Source: Enterobacteriaceae bacterium UBA3516
GTDB lineage: Bacteria > Pseudomonadota > Gammaproteobacteria > Enterobacterales > Enterobacteriaceae
Length of the DNA: 54,832 nucleotides
Direction: 5' to 3'
NCBI GenBank assembly: GCA_002377245.1
Contig: DFPL01000283.1
Location: 1 to 54,832, forward strand
The position numbers and the translations under genes are program-made. The notes beneath the pieces were generated by a model. That model searched no databases. It saw only the letters and a list, made by a program, of their open reading frames with translations, and was not told the DNA's origin. Below, one piece after another: positions 10,346 through 22,673 of this stretch (the stretch's first letter is position 1; each line of letters opens with the position of its first letter).

Positions 10346-11665
10346 TTAGTGTGCGCTGGAGGCCACCTGACGCCCGGCAGCGCGATCCCAGCCAGCAGCC
10401 AGAATCACCATCACCAGCGTTGGCATCAACCAGGCCAGACCTTGCTCCGCCAGCGGCAGACGCTGAGTCCAGGCCGGCAGCACATCGCTAAACGCAGAGG
10501 CTTTAATACCGTCCAGCACGCCGAACAGCAGGCTGATAAACATGGGCGGTGCAATCACGCGGGACGAATTATGCCACCACGAGCGGGTGAAGCTCAAAAC
10601 GACCAGGGCGATACACGGCGGATAGATCATTGTCAGTACCGGAATGGAGATCTGAATCAGGTGGCTCAGACCCAGATTCGACACCGCCATGGAGAAGATA
10701 CCGAGAATAAACACCAGCGCACGGTACGAGAGCGGCAGGTACTGCGCGAAGAACTCAGCACAGGCGCAGGTGAGGCCAACCGCCGTCACCAGGCAGGCGA
10801 TGAAAATTAACGCTGCCAGCAGGAAGCTGCCGGCACCACCAAAGGTGTGCGCAACATAGGCATGCAGAATGGCTGCGCCGTTAGCAGACTGATCCACCAA
10901 AGAAGAGCTATCTGAACCCAGGCGGAACAGCGCCAGGTAAAGTAGCGTCAGACCCACGCCCGCCATCAGGCCAGCCCAGACGGTATAGCGGGTCAGCAGA
11001 CGCGCTTCCGTCACACCGCGGGAACGGGCGGCGTTAACAATGACAATACCGAACACCATCGCGCCCAGGGTATCCATTGTCAGGTAACCATTAACGAAGC
11101 CGTTAGAGAAAGCCGCGTGCTGGTAGGCATCCATCGCATGGCTGATGGGACCTGCTGGCCAGACAATCGCCGCCACGGAGAGAATCACCAGCGCAATAAT
11201 TTTCAGCGGCGCCAGGAAGTTACCCACGGTATCCAGCAGTTTACCCGGATAGAGCGACACCAGAATCACTAACGCAAAGTAGATGACGCTATAAATCAAC
11301 AGCGGCAGAGAGCCTTCGCCGGTCAATGGAGCGATGCCCACTTCAAAAGAGACGGTCGCCGTACGCGGTGTGGCAAACAGCGGCCCAACGGCCAGGTAAC
11401 AGACCGTCGCCAGTAGAACGCCAGCGACTTTACCAATTGGCGTACTGAGGCTGTCCACCCCGCCGCCCACTTTCGCCAGAGCGACAACGGTGAGCACCGG
11501 CAGGCCAACGGCGGTGATTAAAAAGCCAATGGATGCGGTCCAGACGTGCTCGCCTGCCTGCAAACCGACCATGGGAGGGAAAATGATATTGCCTGCGCCG
11601 ACGAACAGCGCAAAGGTCATAAAGCCCAGAGCAACAATGTCTCGTGGTTTTAAATGATGGGTCAT
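10346..11665 (-). CDS. brnQ: Branched-chain amino acid transporter
   Basis: 439 aa; [33 protein letters not shown]. Confidence 0.97.
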   Translation of the reverse strand: MTHHLKPRDIVALGFMTFALFVGAGNIIFPPMVGLQAGEHVWTASIGFLITAVGLPVLTVVALAKVGGGVDSLSTPIGKVAGVLLATVCYLAVGPLFATPRTATVSFEVGIAPLTGEGSLPLLIYSVIYFALVILVSLYPGKLLDTVGNFLAPLKIIALVILSVAAIVWPAGPISHAMDAYQHAAFSNGFVNGYLTMDTLGAMVFGIVIVNAARSRGVTEARLLTRYTVWAGLMAGVGLTLLYLALFRLGSDSSSLVDQSANGAAILHAYVAHTFGGAGSFLLAALIFIACLVTAVGLTCACAEFFAQYLPLSYRALVFILGIFSMAVSNLGLSHLIQISIPVLTMIYPPCIALVVLSFTRSWWHNSSRVIAPPMFISLLFGVLDGIKASAFSDVLPAWTQRLPLAEQGLAWLMPTLVMVILAAGWDRAAGRQVASSAH

Positions 11666-12045
11666 AAACGTTTACAGCCTGTGGATGTGGTGATGCAAAT
11701 GTTGAAATTTTCGCCTTGTCGTGCGGAACATTACAGCGGCAAGGTCCTGAAACGAAGCGGGAAATACTTCCCTCTTCGCGTGGCGGAGAATAGTTTTTCG
11801 ATTTACCACGCAAATACAGTGGGTCTGACGACCTACGGGGCGCAATTTAAACGCTTATAACGTTTAAAGGCAATAAGGGATCGTAAAACCAGATGGATAT
11901 GCCAGATCTAAAAAAAACACCAGAGGATGATGCTGTATATAAGAAAAACGGATGGCTAATCATGCGAACAAAAAAGCAGCAAAGCCATATTCTGTCGATG
12001 AATGGATGTAAAGCGGGGTCAAAAAAGAGAGGTTCTGACAGAACT

Positions 12046-12078
12046 GGAAAGAAAAGCTGACACCCAGGGTGTCAGCTT
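12046..12078 (-). terminator. phoBR terminator overlapping the phoR stop codon
   Basis: AAGCTGACACCC-A-GGGTGTCAGCTT inverted repeat then UUUUCUUUCC on the minus strand. Confidence 0.7.
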
Positions 12079-13367
12079 GCGTGTTTCACCATCAGTCTTT
12101 CGGGCAACATAAAGCTAAAGCGGGTGCCTTTACCCGGTGTACTCTGGATTTCCAGCTTGCTGTCATGGTGATTCACCGCGTGTTTAACTATCGCCAGGCC
12201 CAGGCCACTGCCCCCGGTCTGGCGGGAGCGGGCTTTGTCCACGCGGTAGAAACGTTCTGTCAGACGCGGAATGTGCTCTGCTGAAATCCCAGGCCCGTTA
12301 TCCTCAACGCTGAACTGCACACCGTGTGCCACACGCTGCCACTGCACGGTGATGTGCGTCCCGGCGGGCGTATGGTTGACGGCGTTGTAGACCAGGTTCG
12401 AAATCGCACTGCGCAGTTGCTCCTCATTGCCCAGCACTTTTAGCGCACCATCCACCACAAACTCCAGTTCGTGCTTATTGTGACTTAAGGTTTGCGCTTC
12501 TCTCTCCACCACCCGAAGCATCATCGGCACATCAATGATTTCATTCGGCGGCGTGATGGGTGCGGCTTCGATTTTAGAGAGCGTCAGGAGCTGCTTCACC
12601 AGCCCTTCCATGCGCGATGTTTGTTCTCGCATGGTATGTAACGCTTTCTCACGCGGTAGCCCCTCCAGCGTCTGTTCCTGCATCATCTCCAGGTAGCCCT
12701 GCAATACCGTTAACGGCGTGCGAAGTTCATGGCTGACGTTGGCAAAGAAGTTACGTCGCGCCCCTTCAAGCTGGTGCATTTGCGTGACGTCACGCGCCAC
12801 CATCAGCAACTGCTGCTCGCTGTAAGGCATCATGCGCATCTCAAGATGACGCCCATTGTTCAGCACCAGATTCAACGGGCGATCAAAGTTTCGCGCTTTG
12901 TAGTAACGGGTAAATTCGGGGTAGCGCAGCAGGTTGAGGATGTTTTGGCCGTTATCGTCCGGCCAGCGCAGATTGAGAAGCTGTTGTGCCAGTCCGTTAC
13001 ACCAGAAAATAGCCCCCTCTTCCGTAGTGAGCACAACGGCATCCGGCAAGGATTCCGCACCGCTGCGAAAACGCTTGATGAGATTGCCCAGTTCGCGACG
13101 ACGCTTTTTATTACGCATCTGCATCTGGTGCAGGCCGTAAAGCAGCGGTTCCCAACTGCCGGTGCCAGGGGGCGGGGTCATGCTTTTATCGACCCATAGC
13201 CACCAGGAAAGACGCATTAAATTCCAGAAATGCCAGGCCAGTAGTCCGGTGACTGCCGCCAGCAAAAACCACGGCAGGTAACCAAAGAATATGCCAAGCA
13301 GTGCAGCAGGTAGACAACATAGGATGAGTTCGAGTACCAGCCTTTTCCATGACAGCCGTTCCAGCAC
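12072..13367 (-). CDS. phoR: Phosphate regulon sensor histidine kinase
   Basis: [10 protein letters not shown] start, PAS region, [13 protein letters not shown]-box, N/G boxes. Confidence 0.98.
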   Translation of the reverse strand: MLERLSWKRLVLELILCCLPAALLGIFFGYLPWFLLAAVTGLLAWHFWNLMRLSWWLWVDKSMTPPPGTGSWEPLLYGLHQMQMRNKKRRRELGNLIKRFRSGAESLPDAVVLTTEEGAIFWCNGLAQQLLNLRWPDDNGQNILNLLRYPEFTRYYKARNFDRPLNLVLNNGRHLEMRMMPYSEQQLLMVARDVTQMHQLEGARRNFFANVSHELRTPLTVLQGYLEMMQEQTLEGLPREKALHTMREQTSRMEGLVKQLLTLSKIEAAPITPPNEIIDVPMMLRVVEREAQTLSHNKHELEFVVDGALKVLGNEEQLRSAISNLVYNAVNHTPAGTHITVQWQRVAHGVQFSVEDNGPGISAEHIPRLTERFYRVDKARSRQTGGSGLGLAIVKHAVNHHDSKLEIQSTPGKGTRFSFMLPERLMVKHAS

Positions 13368-13388
13368 GCGTCACACTCCTGTCAGATT

Positions 13389-14078
13389 TCAGAAACGGGT
13401 TGAGAAGCGATAACCCGTGCCGCGAACTGTCTGTACCATACGATCGTGGCCGCTGGTTTCCAGTGCTTTACGCAAGCGGCGAATATGCACGTCGACCGTG
13501 CGATCTTCTACATAGACATTGGTTCCCCAGACGTGGTTAAGCAGCTGTTCACGGCTGTAGACGCGTTCCGGGTGCGTCATGAAGAAGTGCAACAGCTTAA
13601 ACTCCGTCGGCCCCATGTCCAGCGGATTCTCGCCGGTCATCACCCGATGAGAGCTTGGGTCGAGGCTCAGCCCCTGCATCTCAATGACCTCTTCTACCGC
13701 CATAGGCGAGATGCGACGCATAACCGCTTTGATTCGCGCAACCAGCTCTTTAGGGGAGAAAGGTTTAGTGATGTAATCGTCTGCACCGGTTTCAAGGCCG
13801 CGCACACGATCTTCTTCTTCACCGCGAGCCGTCAGCATCATCACCGGGATTTCCCGAGTCATGGCTTCACGTTTGAGGTGCTTAATAAACTGGATACCAG
13901 AGCCGCCTGGCAACATCCAGTCCAGTAAAATCAGATCGGGCCAGGGTTCATTCAGTTGGTTCACCGCGCTGTCATAATCTTCCGCTTCGACAGGTTGAAA
14001 GCCGTTTTGCTCAAGCACGAAACACACCATTTCACGAATGGGAGCTTCATCTTCTACGACCAGAATGCGTCTTGCCAT
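13389..14078 (-). CDS. phoB: Phosphate regulon response regulator
   Basis: 229 aa, [17 protein letters not shown]…[11 protein letters not shown]…GYRFSTRF. Confidence 0.99.
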   Translation of the reverse strand: MARRILVVEDEAPIREMVCFVLEQNGFQPVEAEDYDSAVNQLNEPWPDLILLDWMLPGGSGIQFIKHLKREAMTREIPVMMLTARGEEEDRVRGLETGADDYITKPFSPKELVARIKAVMRRISPMAVEEVIEMQGLSLDPSSHRVMTGENPLDMGPTEFKLLHFFMTHPERVYSREQLLNHVWGTNVYVEDRTVDVHIRRLRKALETSGHDRMVQTVRGTGYRFSTRF

Positions 14079-14121
14079 AATTTGCCCTGTTTAATTAAAG
14101 TCATCAGTCAACCGCGGCGCC

Positions 14122-14155
14122 AGTATGCGTCACTTTTGTGACAGATTTATGAAAC
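14122..14155 (-). promoter_or_regulatory. Pho box and -10 of the phoBR promoter
   Basis: Minus strand GTTTCAT-AAAT-CTGTCAC (14155-14138), 10-bp spacer, CATACT -10; canonical PhoB geometry. Confidence 0.85.
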
Positions 14156-14234
14156 AAATGACCAACAGATGACGCATCATTCCGTTATATGACAGCGGCT
14201 AAGCGCTTTCGCTGGCGGCTCATAGGCTCTTGAA

Positions 14235-14243
14235 TGTTATAAT
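14235..14243 (+). promoter_or_regulatory. Extended -10 of the sbcDC promoter
   Basis: TGTTATAAT (TGnTATAAT) about 30 bp upstream of the sbcD ATG. Confidence 0.55.
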
Positions 14244-14274
14244 CCCGTTTACGCTTTTTTGCCATGGAACCGCT

Positions 14275-15477
14275 ATGCGCATCATTCATACATCGGACTG
14301 GCACCTCGGTCAGAACTTTTACAGCAAGAGCCGTGCCGCCGAGCACGACGCTTTTCTCTCCTGGCTACTGACCACGGCTGAAGAACATCAGGTTGACGCG
14401 ATCATTGTCGCGGGCGACATCTTTGATACCGGTTCGCCCCCCAGCTACGCGCGCGAACTCTATAACCGGTTTGTCGTGAAGTTACAAAACACCGGCTGTC
14501 ATCTGGTGGTGCTGGCCGGGAATCACGACTCCGTCGCCACACTCAATGAATCAAAAGATATTCTGGCCTGGCTGAAAACCACCGTCGTCGCCAGCGCGGG
14601 AAGCGCCCCTTTCTATTTACCGTTGCGCGATGGCTCGCCAGGCGCGGTGTTCTGCCCGGTACCGTTTTTACGTCCGCGCGACATTGTGACCAGCCAGGCC
14701 GGGCTTTCCGGGCAGCAAAAGCAGCAGCATCTGTTAGGCACCATCACCGACTACTACCAGCAACAGCATGATGCCGCCTGCACACTGCGCGGCGAACAGA
14801 CATTACCTATCATCGCCAGCGGTCACCTCACGACGGTAGGCGCCAGTAAAAGTGATGCCGTACGCGAGATTTATATCGGCACCCTGGACGCTTTCCCGGC
14901 ACAGAATTTCCCGTCCGCTGATTATATCGCGCTGGGCCATATTCACCGTCCGCAGAAGATTGGCGGTCAGGAACATATTCGCTACTGCGGCTCGCCCATC
15001 GCCCTGAGCTTTGATGAAACCGGCAAAAGTAAATATGTCAATTTAGTGACCTTCGACGCGGGAAAGCTGGCCGACGTGACGGCACTGGAAGTGCCTGTTA
15101 CCCAGCAATTGGGGGTCATTAAGGGCGACCTGACGGCCATTCGCGAACAGCTTGAACAGTGGCGGCATCATGATGCTGCGCGCCCCGTCTGGCTGGATAT
15201 CGAAATTGCCACCGACGACTACCTCAGCGATATGCAGCGGAAAATCCAGTTGCTGACCGCCGAACTGCCGGTAGAAGTGTTGCTGGTTCGCCGCAGCCGG
15301 GAGCAACGTGAACGCATTCTTGCCGGTGAGCGCCGTGAAACCCTCAGCGAATTAAGCGTGGAAGAGGTCTTCGCGCGCCGTCTGGCGCAGGAAGAACTGG
15401 ATGAGACACAACAGGCCAGATTAGAGGCGCTCTTTGCAGAAACACTGCACGGCCTGCACCAGGAGCACGACGCATGA
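14275..15477 (+). CDS. sbcD: SbcCD nuclease subunit D (Mre11-like)
   Basis: [25 protein letters not shown] phosphoesterase motifs. Confidence 0.97.
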   Translation: MRIIHTSDWHLGQNFYSKSRAAEHDAFLSWLLTTAEEHQVDAIIVAGDIFDTGSPPSYARELYNRFVVKLQNTGCHLVVLAGNHDSVATLNESKDILAWLKTTVVASAGSAPFYLPLRDGSPGAVFCPVPFLRPRDIVTSQAGLSGQQKQQHLLGTITDYYQQQHDAACTLRGEQTLPIIASGHLTTVGASKSDAVREIYIGTLDAFPAQNFPSADYIALGHIHRPQKIGGQEHIRYCGSPIALSFDETGKSKYVNLVTFDAGKLADVTALEVPVTQQLGVIKGDLTAIREQLEQWRHHDAARPVWLDIEIATDDYLSDMQRKIQLLTAELPVEVLLVRRSREQRERILAGERRETLSELSVEEVFARRLAQEELDETQQARLEALFAETLHGLHQEHDA

Positions 15478-18400
15478 AAATTCTCAGCCTGCGCCTGAAA
15501 AACCTCAACTCCCTGAAAGGGGAATGGAAGATAGATTTTACCGCCGAACCTTTTGCCAGCAACGGTCTGTTTGCCATTACCGGGGCAACCGGCGCGGGTA
15601 AAACCACCCTGCTGGATGCCATCTGCCTCGCGCTTTACCATGAAACACCGCGCCTGAATAACGTCTCGCAGTCGCAAAATGATTTGATGACCCGTGACAC
15701 CGCCGATTGCCTGGCAGAGGTCGAATTCGAAGTTAAAGGCATTGCCTATCGCGCCTTCTGGAGCCAGACCCGCGCCCGAAACCAGCCCGACGGGAATTTG
15801 CAGGTCCCGCGCGTTGAACTTGCGCAGTGTGCTGACGGCAAAATTCTGGCGGATAAAGTCAAAGATAAGCTCGAACTTACCGCCTCGCTGACGGGGCTGG
15901 ACTATGGGCGCTTCACCCGTTCAATGCTGCTCTCACAGGGCCAGTTTGCCGCTTTTCTGAATGCCAAACCCAAAGAGCGCGCGGAACTGCTGGAAGAGCT
16001 GACCGGCACCGAGATCTACGGCCAGATTTCTGCCGAGGTGTTTGAAAAACATAAAATCGCCCGCACGGCGCTGGAAAAATGCCAGGCTCAGGCTGAAGGC
16101 GTAGTGCTGCTCAATGACGATCAGCGCACGGCCCTCACCGCAGGTTTGCAGGTACTCACTGACGAGGAACAGCGCCTGCTGACCCGACAGCAGACCGCAC
16201 AAACGCAGCTCAACTGGCTGAATCGCAGCCAGGAGTTGCGTCTCGCCCTCCAGCACGCGCAGGCGGCAAGTCAGCGTGCCGTTCAGGCGCAAAATGATGC
16301 CCAGCCCCAGCTCGCGCTGCTCAGTCGTGCCCAACCCGCCCTGGCGCTTCGTCCACTCTGGGAGCGTCTGCAAGAGCAACGCACGCTGTGGCAGAGCAGC
16401 CATCGGCAGAATGAAGAAGTGAATGCGCGCTTACATGACAGGCGCACGCTGCGTGCGTGCATTCGCGCCAGCGCCCTGAGTCAGCATGCGCAGCTCCGGG
16501 CCTCGGAGGTCACGCTTAAGGCCTGGCTTGCCGATAACGCCCGCTTCCAGCGCTGGCAAAGCGAACTGGCTGGCTGGCGCGCCATGCTCAACCAGCAGGT
16601 AGAGGATAAAAAACCCTGGCAGTCATTGCAGACCCGCATCGAGCAAAACGTGCTTAAGCTGCGCGGACTGCAGGCGGTTTCGCTGGACATGACCCCGGCA
16701 GAGGTCGAGGCGGCGATGGCCTTAAGCGCGCAGCATCGTCCGTTGCGCCAGAAACTGCACGCGTTGCACGCCCGTTTTGCGCCGCTGCAAAAGCACCTCG
16801 CTCAGCGCCAGCAAAGTCTGGTTGAACTCGAAGCAGAACGGAAAAAGCGCGACGATGAACTGACGCTAAGGCGCGCACAATATAAAGAAAAAAATCAGTT
16901 GCTGACGGAAATTCGTACCGTCTGCAAACTTGAAGAGCGCATTCACAGCCTGGAGAGTGAACGCGCCCGGCTTGAGCCTGACCACCCCTGCCCACTTTGT
17001 GGTTCAACCTCGCACCCGGCGATTGCCGAGTATCAGGCTATTGTTCCGGGCGTGAATCAGGCTCGTCGCGATGCGCTCGAGCTTGAGGTCAGTAAGATAA
17101 AAGAGGACGGTGTCGCCCTTAGCGAGCGTCTGAAAGGGCTGGCGGAACGGTATGAGAAAGAAGAGCGTGAAGCTAAAATCCTCTCTCAGGATGAGCAAAC
17201 GTTGCGCCAGGAGTGGGCCACGTTATGTGAAGCCTTGTGCATCAACATGCAACCACAGCACGACCTCACCAGCTGGCAGGCGGCGCAGGATGCCTATGAA
17301 CATCAGCTCTATCAGCTAAGCCAGCGGCAGACGCTGCAACACCAAATCGATGAGCTGCGCCAGCAGGTGGAACAGTATCAGCAGGCGGCAGAGACCCGTC
17401 GCGCCCATCTCGCTTCTCTGCTTGCGCCGCTGGAACTCACCGTTCCGCCAGAGGGGGAAGAAACTGCCTGGCTGGCCGCCCGCACCCAGGAAGCAGAACA
17501 GTGGCAGGAAAAGCAGACGGCCTTTACCGCCCTGCATGACAGCATTGCCCGCCTTTCACCGATTATTGATACCCTGCCGGATGACCCCGATTTTGCTGAT
17601 GAGACGCCCGTCAAACTGGACAACTGGCAACAGGTGCATAACGACTGCGTCTCACTGCAAAGTCAGTGGCAAACCCTGCAACAACAGCTTGCCGTCGAAG
17701 CCGAACGCCTGATGCTGCTGGAGAAACAGTTTGCCGATGCGCTGGCAGAAAGCGAGTTTACCGACCAGCAGGCGTTTCAGGACGCGCTGCTCAATGACGC
17801 AGAGCGTCTGCGCCTTGAACAGCTGCGCCAACAACTGGAAAGTGCGTGCCAGCAGGCACTGACCTTAGTGACCAATGCCGAGCAAACGCTGAATGCCCAT
17901 ATCGCCGAACCACCTGTTGTGATGGATGAAAGTGTTACGGCACAGAGCGCTCAGGAGGCGCTTACCCTTCTGGCAAGTCAGATCCGCGACAATACCACCC
18001 GTCAGGGAGAGTTCCGTCAGCAACTGAAGCAGGATGCGGAAAACCGCCAGCGCCAGCAGGTTCTGATGAGGGAGATAGAACACGCTGCGGTACGCTGCGA
18101 TGACTGGGGTCATCTTTCCCAGCTGATTGGCTCCCGCGACGGCGATAAATTCCGTAAATTCGCCCAGGGGCTAACGCTCGATAATCTGGTCTGGCTGGCA
18201 AACAATCAGCTCAATCGTCTGCACGGGCGCTACCTGCTTAAGCGTAAGGCCAGCGAAGCGCTGGAGCTTGAGGTGGTGGATACCTGGCAGGCGGACGCAG
18301 TGCGCGATACCCGCACGCTTTCCGGCGGCGAAAGCTTCCTCGTCAGCCTTGCGCTGGCCCTGGCGCTCTCGGACCTGGTCAGTCATAAAACCCGTATCGA

Positions 18401-18617
18401 TTCACTGTTCCTTGATGAAGGTTTTGGCACGCTCGACAGCGAAACGCTGGATACTGCGCTCGACGCCCTGGATGCGCTGAACGCCACCGGCAAGACCATT
18501 GGCGTTATCAGTCACGTTGAGGCGATGAAAGAGCGGATCCCGGTGCAGATAAAAGTGCGGAAGATTAATGGTCTTGGCTACAGCAAGCTGGATAACGTTT
18601 TTGCGGTAGATAAGTAA
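15474..18617 (+). CDS. sbcC: SbcCD ATPase subunit C (Rad50-like)
   Basis: Walker A GATGAGKT, coiled coil with CPLC zinc hook, LSGGE signature, LFLDEGFG Walker B. Confidence 0.97.
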   Translation: MKILSLRLKNLNSLKGEWKIDFTAEPFASNGLFAITGATGAGKTTLLDAICLALYHETPRLNNVSQSQNDLMTRDTADCLAEVEFEVKGIAYRAFWSQTRARNQPDGNLQVPRVELAQCADGKILADKVKDKLELTASLTGLDYGRFTRSMLLSQGQFAAFLNAKPKERAELLEELTGTEIYGQISAEVFEKHKIARTALEKCQAQAEGVVLLNDDQRTALTAGLQVLTDEEQRLLTRQQTAQTQLNWLNRSQELRLALQHAQAASQRAVQAQNDAQPQLALLSRAQPALALRPLWERLQEQRTLWQSSHRQNEEVNARLHDRRTLRACIRASALSQHAQLRASEVTLKAWLADNARFQRWQSELAGWRAMLNQQVEDKKPWQSLQTRIEQNVLKLRGLQAVSLDMTPAEVEAAMALSAQHRPLRQKLHALHARFAPLQKHLAQRQQSLVELEAERKKRDDELTLRRAQYKEKNQLLTEIRTVCKLEERIHSLESERARLEPDHPCPLCGSTSHPAIAEYQAIVPGVNQARRDALELEVSKIKEDGVALSERLKGLAERYEKEEREAKILSQDEQTLRQEWATLCEALCINMQPQHDLTSWQAAQDAYEHQLYQLSQRQTLQHQIDELRQQVEQYQQAAETRRAHLASLLAPLELTVPPEGEETAWLAARTQEAEQWQEKQTAFTALHDSIARLSPIIDTLPDDPDFADETPVKLDNWQQVHNDCVSLQSQWQTLQQQLAVEAERLMLLEKQFADALAESEFTDQQAFQDALLNDAERLRLEQLRQQLESACQQALTLVTNAEQTLNAHIAEPPVVMDESVTAQSAQEALTLLASQIRDNTTRQGEFRQQLKQDAENRQRQQVLMREIEHAAVRCDDWGHLSQLIGSRDGDKFRKFAQGLTLDNLVWLANNQLNRLHGRYLLKRKASEALELEVVDTWQADAVRDTRTLSGGESFLVSLALALALSDLVSHKTRIDSLFLDEGFGTLDSETLDTALDALDALNATGKTIGVISHVEAMKERIPVQIKVRKINGLGYSKLDNVFAVDK

Positions 18618-18618
18618 G

Positions 18619-18652
18619 CAGGGCCCGGCGAGAGCATCAACGCCGGGACTGT
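18619..18652. terminator. Hairpin between convergent sbcC and adhesin gene
   Basis: CAGGGCCCGGCG…CGCCGGGACTG imperfect stem; no strong U tract. Confidence 0.4.
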
Positions 18653-18655
18653 ACC

Positions 18656-19897
18656 TTATTCATAGGCAGCAATAATTTCCACTTTACCGTTAGCAGGGCC
18701 GGGCTGAACCGTGCCGGTCGTGCGAATATAGCGGGCAGACATCCGGATGGTACCGTCGGCTCCCGTTGCCAGCGCTGTTCCGCCCAACGTGTAGGGGCCA
18801 TTTTTAAAGTTGCTGTTGAGCGAGCTTGCCAGAATTCGCGAACCAAAAGCCACAGGTTTGACTGGCGTGTCTGAAGTGGTTTGTTCACCGGGCATGCCCC
18901 ACGCCAGTTGAATGCCATAGCCTTCGGCACCGCCTGCATCCAGGGAGAATACCCCTTGAGCTGCATTAATTACCGTGGTGTAGGGCACCACCTGGATTTT
19001 AACGCTGTTGTTTTTGGTCTGATTGGGCGTCAGGGAACCGCCGTCAGCATTATATTGATTATATGAGTTTGAAACGCCACTATTATAGCCGTATGCCACC
19101 GGGCACTGTAATTTAAAACTGGCATCCTGCCACGGGGATTTCCCTATATTCGAAGCATATTTACCCATTGTAACAGTACGCGAGGCACTGACCATATTGC
19201 ACGTCCCTGACTGAAAATCAATGCTGCCTTTTAATATACGACTTAGCCAGACGCAGGTGCGGTCATCTAATTTCCCATCCGCAGTATTATTTGGGCAACT
19301 GGAAATTGTATCTCCAGCATTTTGTGGACTTAGCACCTGCATAAATACGGGGCCTGTAAAGTCAAGATTACCAGGCTGAGTAAATTCAGGGGTTTTCCAT
19401 ACTCTAATATCTACCCAGGTATCAATTTGCCCACGGTTGTTAAACACCCACGCTACGTCAGGCCAACGACGATATGATAAGTACGATCCCGCAGATGATT
19501 CGTTAAAAGAAACGCCAATACCTTTAATTGTTGTGGGATATATGGGGTAGCCGTCTGGAGACGTATAAACTGTGCCTGCGGGGACATCCTTTACGGCATA
19601 ACCTGTTTTCCACGAACCGGTACAGGACTCTGTCATGTTTTTATTCGCGCCGGGAATCGTTCCATAGCCGGGTCTGGTTTTAGCCGTAAATAACACGACG
19701 CAGGTGGTCGTCGTGCAGGTATAACCCGGGCCATTAATTGTGCCCGCATTACCGGTGTTGGGTGGGGTAATATTCCTTCCTGCATTGGGTAATCTATAAT
19801 CTCCACCAACCTGTGTGGTCCCCGTACATGTCAATCCCGCAGCGACGGCTACATTTGATAACAAACATGCCAGTAATATCCATTTACGTATCACCAT
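18656..19897 (-). CDS. Fimbrial tip adhesin-like protein (chaperone-usher type, two-domain), orphan
   Basis: Signal peptide; Cys/Thr/Gly-rich N-domain; pilin-like C-domain (GTCNM…VTMG…FKLQC…AEGYGIQL…MSARYIRT…VQPGPANGKVEIIAAYE) with penultimate Tyr; AT-richer than flanks. Confidence 0.82.
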   Translation of the reverse strand: MVIRKWILLACLLSNVAVAAGLTCTGTTQVGGDYRLPNAGRNITPPNTGNAGTINGPGYTCTTTTCVVLFTAKTRPGYGTIPGANKNMTESCTGSWKTGYAVKDVPAGTVYTSPDGYPIYPTTIKGIGVSFNESSAGSYLSYRRWPDVAWVFNNRGQIDTWVDIRVWKTPEFTQPGNLDFTGPVFMQVLSPQNAGDTISSCPNNTADGKLDDRTCVWLSRILKGSIDFQSGTCNMVSASRTVTMGKYASNIGKSPWQDASFKLQCPVAYGYNSGVSNSYNQYNADGGSLTPNQTKNNSVKIQVVPYTTVINAAQGVFSLDAGGAEGYGIQLAWGMPGEQTTSDTPVKPVAFGSRILASSLNSNFKNGPYTLGGTALATGADGTIRMSARYIRTTGTVQPGPANGKVEIIAAYE

Positions 19898-20261
19898 AGA
19901 CTCCTTTTCGCACGATCATAAACCTGCGGGGATTAATACGCGGGTTATTTCTGACTGTCAAAAAGCGGAAATACTTATGCTGATAATATTTTATTTTGCA
20001 AATAAATATTAAACACCCGATACTAAAAACAGATGATAAATCGTACAAAATAATGATGTGTTACTGTTAAAAGCCAAATTAAACAAGAGCAGATTCCGAA
20101 AAATCAGTTACAGACAGACATTAACGTCATCTTACAAAAAAGATTAGAATATAATTTTTAGTGAAAGCTGGCTTTGCCAGCCAAAGATAAGAGGCGATAT
20201 AATTAATCTTATCAGCTAATTTAAAAAAACAATCTTATTCTTGCTGATACTGTGCCCAAAA

Positions 20262-20294
20262 TAAAAAAATCCCGGCAGTATTATTGCCGGGAGA
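20262..20294 (-). terminator. Intrinsic terminator after mak
   Basis: TCCCGGCA/TGCCGGGA stem with an A7 tract (U tract on minus strand). Confidence 0.8.
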
Positions 20295-20303
20295 TAAATA
20301 TGC

Positions 20304-21209
20304 TTATTCCTGCGGCCATAGCCAGGCCGCACCGCGCACGCCGCTCGAATCCCCGTGCAGTGCTTTGCGAATCGGGGTTTCAAACTCGCCGCCAAAGACC
20401 CAGCTTTTCACAAGGCCCGGTACGGTTTTATAGAGCCGCTCGACGTTACTCATGCCGCCACCCAGTACAATGACATCCGGGTCGAGAATATTGACGACGT
20501 GAGCCAGCGATTTGGCCAGCCGCATTTCATAACGACTTAGCGCCAGCTCTGCCAGCGGGTCCTGTTCCTCGACCAGGCGAATAATTTCATTCCCTTTGAG
20601 CGTTTTTCCGCTCAGCCGCTGATAGTCAGCGCCAAAACCGGTGCCGGAAATGAAGGTTTCGATACACCCCTGCTTGCCGCAGTAACACGGTACTTCCGCA
20701 CGATAACGCAGCTCGTCTTCGTCCATCCACGGTAGCGGGTTATGGCCCCACTCTCCCGCGGTACCGTTACCGCCGATATGGGAACGGCCACCGAGCGCCA
20801 CACCAGCACCGCAACCGGTTCCGATGATCACCGCAAAAACGGTTTGCGCGCCCGCCGCTGCGCCGTCCACGGCTTCGGAAACCGCCAGACAGTTGGCGTC
20901 GTTAGCGAGTCGGACGTCACGTTGTAAGCGCTGACTCAAATCTTTATCAAAAGGTTTACCGTTGAGCCAGACCGAATTGGCGTTCTTTACCACCCCGGTA
21001 TAGGGCGAAATTGAGCCCGGAATGCCCATGCCCACCGTCCCGGTTTGCCCGGTCTCTTTTTCGGTGAGATCAACAAGAGAAGCAATCAATTCAATGGTTT
21101 GATGATAATCACGCGGTGTCGGCTGACGATGACGAAAGAGTTCGTCCCCCTCGTCACTGAGCGCAATTATCTCTGTTTTCGTGCCACCTAAATCAATACC
21201 AATACGCAC
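20304..21209 (-). CDS. mak: Fructokinase (ROK family)
   Basis: GTG start after AGGAG giving [36 protein letters not shown]. Confidence 0.95.
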   Translation of the reverse strand: MRIGIDLGGTKTEIIALSDEGDELFRHRQPTPRDYHQTIELIASLVDLTEKETGQTGTVGMGIPGSISPYTGVVKNANSVWLNGKPFDKDLSQRLQRDVRLANDANCLAVSEAVDGAAAGAQTVFAVIIGTGCGAGVALGGRSHIGGNGTAGEWGHNPLPWMDEDELRYRAEVPCYCGKQGCIETFISGTGFGADYQRLSGKTLKGNEIIRLVEEQDPLAELALSRYEMRLAKSLAHVVNILDPDVIVLGGGMSNVERLYKTVPGLVKSWVFGGEFETPIRKALHGDSSGVRGAAWLWPQE

Positions 21210-21307
21210 ATAATGCTCCTCATAGTTGGACAACCATTCATATGCAAGCGCGGCGACAATTGGTTATCATGCCCGCTGCATTTAACGACAAGGCCGTGGA
21301 AAAACTC

Positions 21308-22219
21308 ATGCTGTGGTTTAAAAATTTAATGGTATACCGTCTCAGCCGCGATGTAGCGTTGCAGGCGGAAGAGATGGAAAAACAGCTTGCCCCACTATCG
21401 TTTACCCCGTGCGGTAGTCAGGATATGGCGAAAACCGGGTGGGTTCCACCGATGGGTTCACACAGTGATGCGCTGACCCACACTGCCAACGGTCAGATCA
21501 TCATTTGCGCGCGCAAAGAAGAGAAAATCCTGCCTTCTCCCGTGGTGAAACAGGCGCTGGAAGCCAAAATCTCCCGCCTCGAAGCCGATCAGGGTCGCAA
21601 ACTGAAAAAAACCGAAAAAGACGCATTGAAAGATGAAGTGCTTCACTCTTTGCTCCCTCGCGCATTCAGCCGTTTCAGCCAGACCATGATGTGGATTGAT
21701 ACGGTCAACGGGCTGATTATGGTGGACAGTGCCAGCGCCAAAAAAGCCGAAGACACCCTGGCGTTGCTGCGTAAAAGCCTCGGCTCGCTGCCGGTCGTCC
21801 CCTTAACGCTGGAAAACCCCATTGAACTGACCCTGACGGAATGGGTCCGTTCCGGTACGGTCGCGCAGGGATTCCAGTTGCTCGATGAAGCGGAGCTGAA
21901 GGCGATGCTGGAAGACGGCGGCGTGATTCGCTGCAAGAAACAGGAGTTGGTCAGCGACGAAATTGCGGTGCATATCGAAGCCGGTAAAGTGGTGACCAAA
22001 CTCGCCCTCGACTGGCAGCAGCGTATTCAGTTTATGGTCTGCGATGACGGTTCTGTCAAACGTCTGAAATTCGGTGATGAGATCCGCGATCAGAATCAGG
22101 ACATCGATCGGGATGACGTCGCGCAGCGTTTCGACGCTGACTTTATTCTGATGACCGGCGAACTATCAACGCTGATTCACAGTCTGGTGGAAGGGCTTGG
22201 CGGCGAAGCCCAGCGCTAA
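21308..22219 (+). CDS. rdgC: Recombination-associated protein RdgC
   Basis: [12 protein letters not shown] start, [17 protein letters not shown]. Confidence 0.97.
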   Translation: MLWFKNLMVYRLSRDVALQAEEMEKQLAPLSFTPCGSQDMAKTGWVPPMGSHSDALTHTANGQIIICARKEEKILPSPVVKQALEAKISRLEADQGRKLKKTEKDALKDEVLHSLLPRAFSRFSQTMMWIDTVNGLIMVDSASAKKAEDTLALLRKSLGSLPVVPLTLENPIELTLTEWVRSGTVAQGFQLLDEAELKAMLEDGGVIRCKKQELVSDEIAVHIEAGKVVTKLALDWQQRIQFMVCDDGSVKRLKFGDEIRDQNQDIDRDDVAQRFDADFILMTGELSTLIHSLVEGLGGEAQR

Positions 22220-22230
22220 TCATGAAGTAT

Positions 22231-22254
22231 TGCCCGATGGCGCATCGGGCCTAC
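22231..22254. repeat. Shortened REP-like palindrome
   Basis: TGCCCGATG-GCG-CATCGGGC followed by CTAC (GTAG-family tail). Confidence 0.55.
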
Positions 22255-22266
22255 AGCCCCGCTATC

Positions 22267-22298
22267 AAAAAAATCGCCCGGTTAAACCGGGCGTTTTT
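22267..22298. terminator. Bidirectional terminator rdgC/ppnP
   Basis: A7-TCGCCCGGTTAAACCGGGCG-T5. Confidence 0.8.
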
Positions 22299-22307
22299 GC
22301 AGAAGGC

Positions 22308-22592
22308 TTACAGGTAACGGCAGAGATAGGAAGACGGCTCGGCAATCTGTAAATGAAATTCGCTGTTACCGGGCACGTTGAAAACTTCACCAGCAGAATA
22401 GGTTTTCCACTCTGTCTCACCGGGCAGCAGAACATGCAGCGCACCGCTCACCACCGTCATCTCTTCAGGTTGTGCGGTCCCAAAGGTATATTCCCCTTCA
22501 GCCATCACGCCAACGCTGGCACGGCCAGTGCTGCTACTGGTAAACCCAATGGATTTCACTTTACCGGAAAAGTATTCGTTACTCTGAAGCAT
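22308..22592 (-). CDS. ppnP: Pyrimidine/purine nucleoside phosphorylase (YaiE)
   Basis: 94 aa [17 protein letters not shown]…GEYTFGT…YLCRYL. Confidence 0.95.
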   Translation of the reverse strand: MLQSNEYFSGKVKSIGFTSSSTGRASVGVMAEGEYTFGTAQPEEMTVVSGALHVLLPGETEWKTYSAGEVFNVPGNSEFHLQIAEPSSYLCRYL

Positions 22593-22673
22593 GAACTGGC
22601 CCTTTTTATATTCAGATAAGATATGGAAATCCACTATAGAGGCCAGACTTCATTTCTGTCACGCGAAATTGAC

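Noticed and set aside
14275..18617. SbcCD as an SMC-type defence system
   Set aside because: Ordinary housekeeping sbcDC beside phoB with no defence partners
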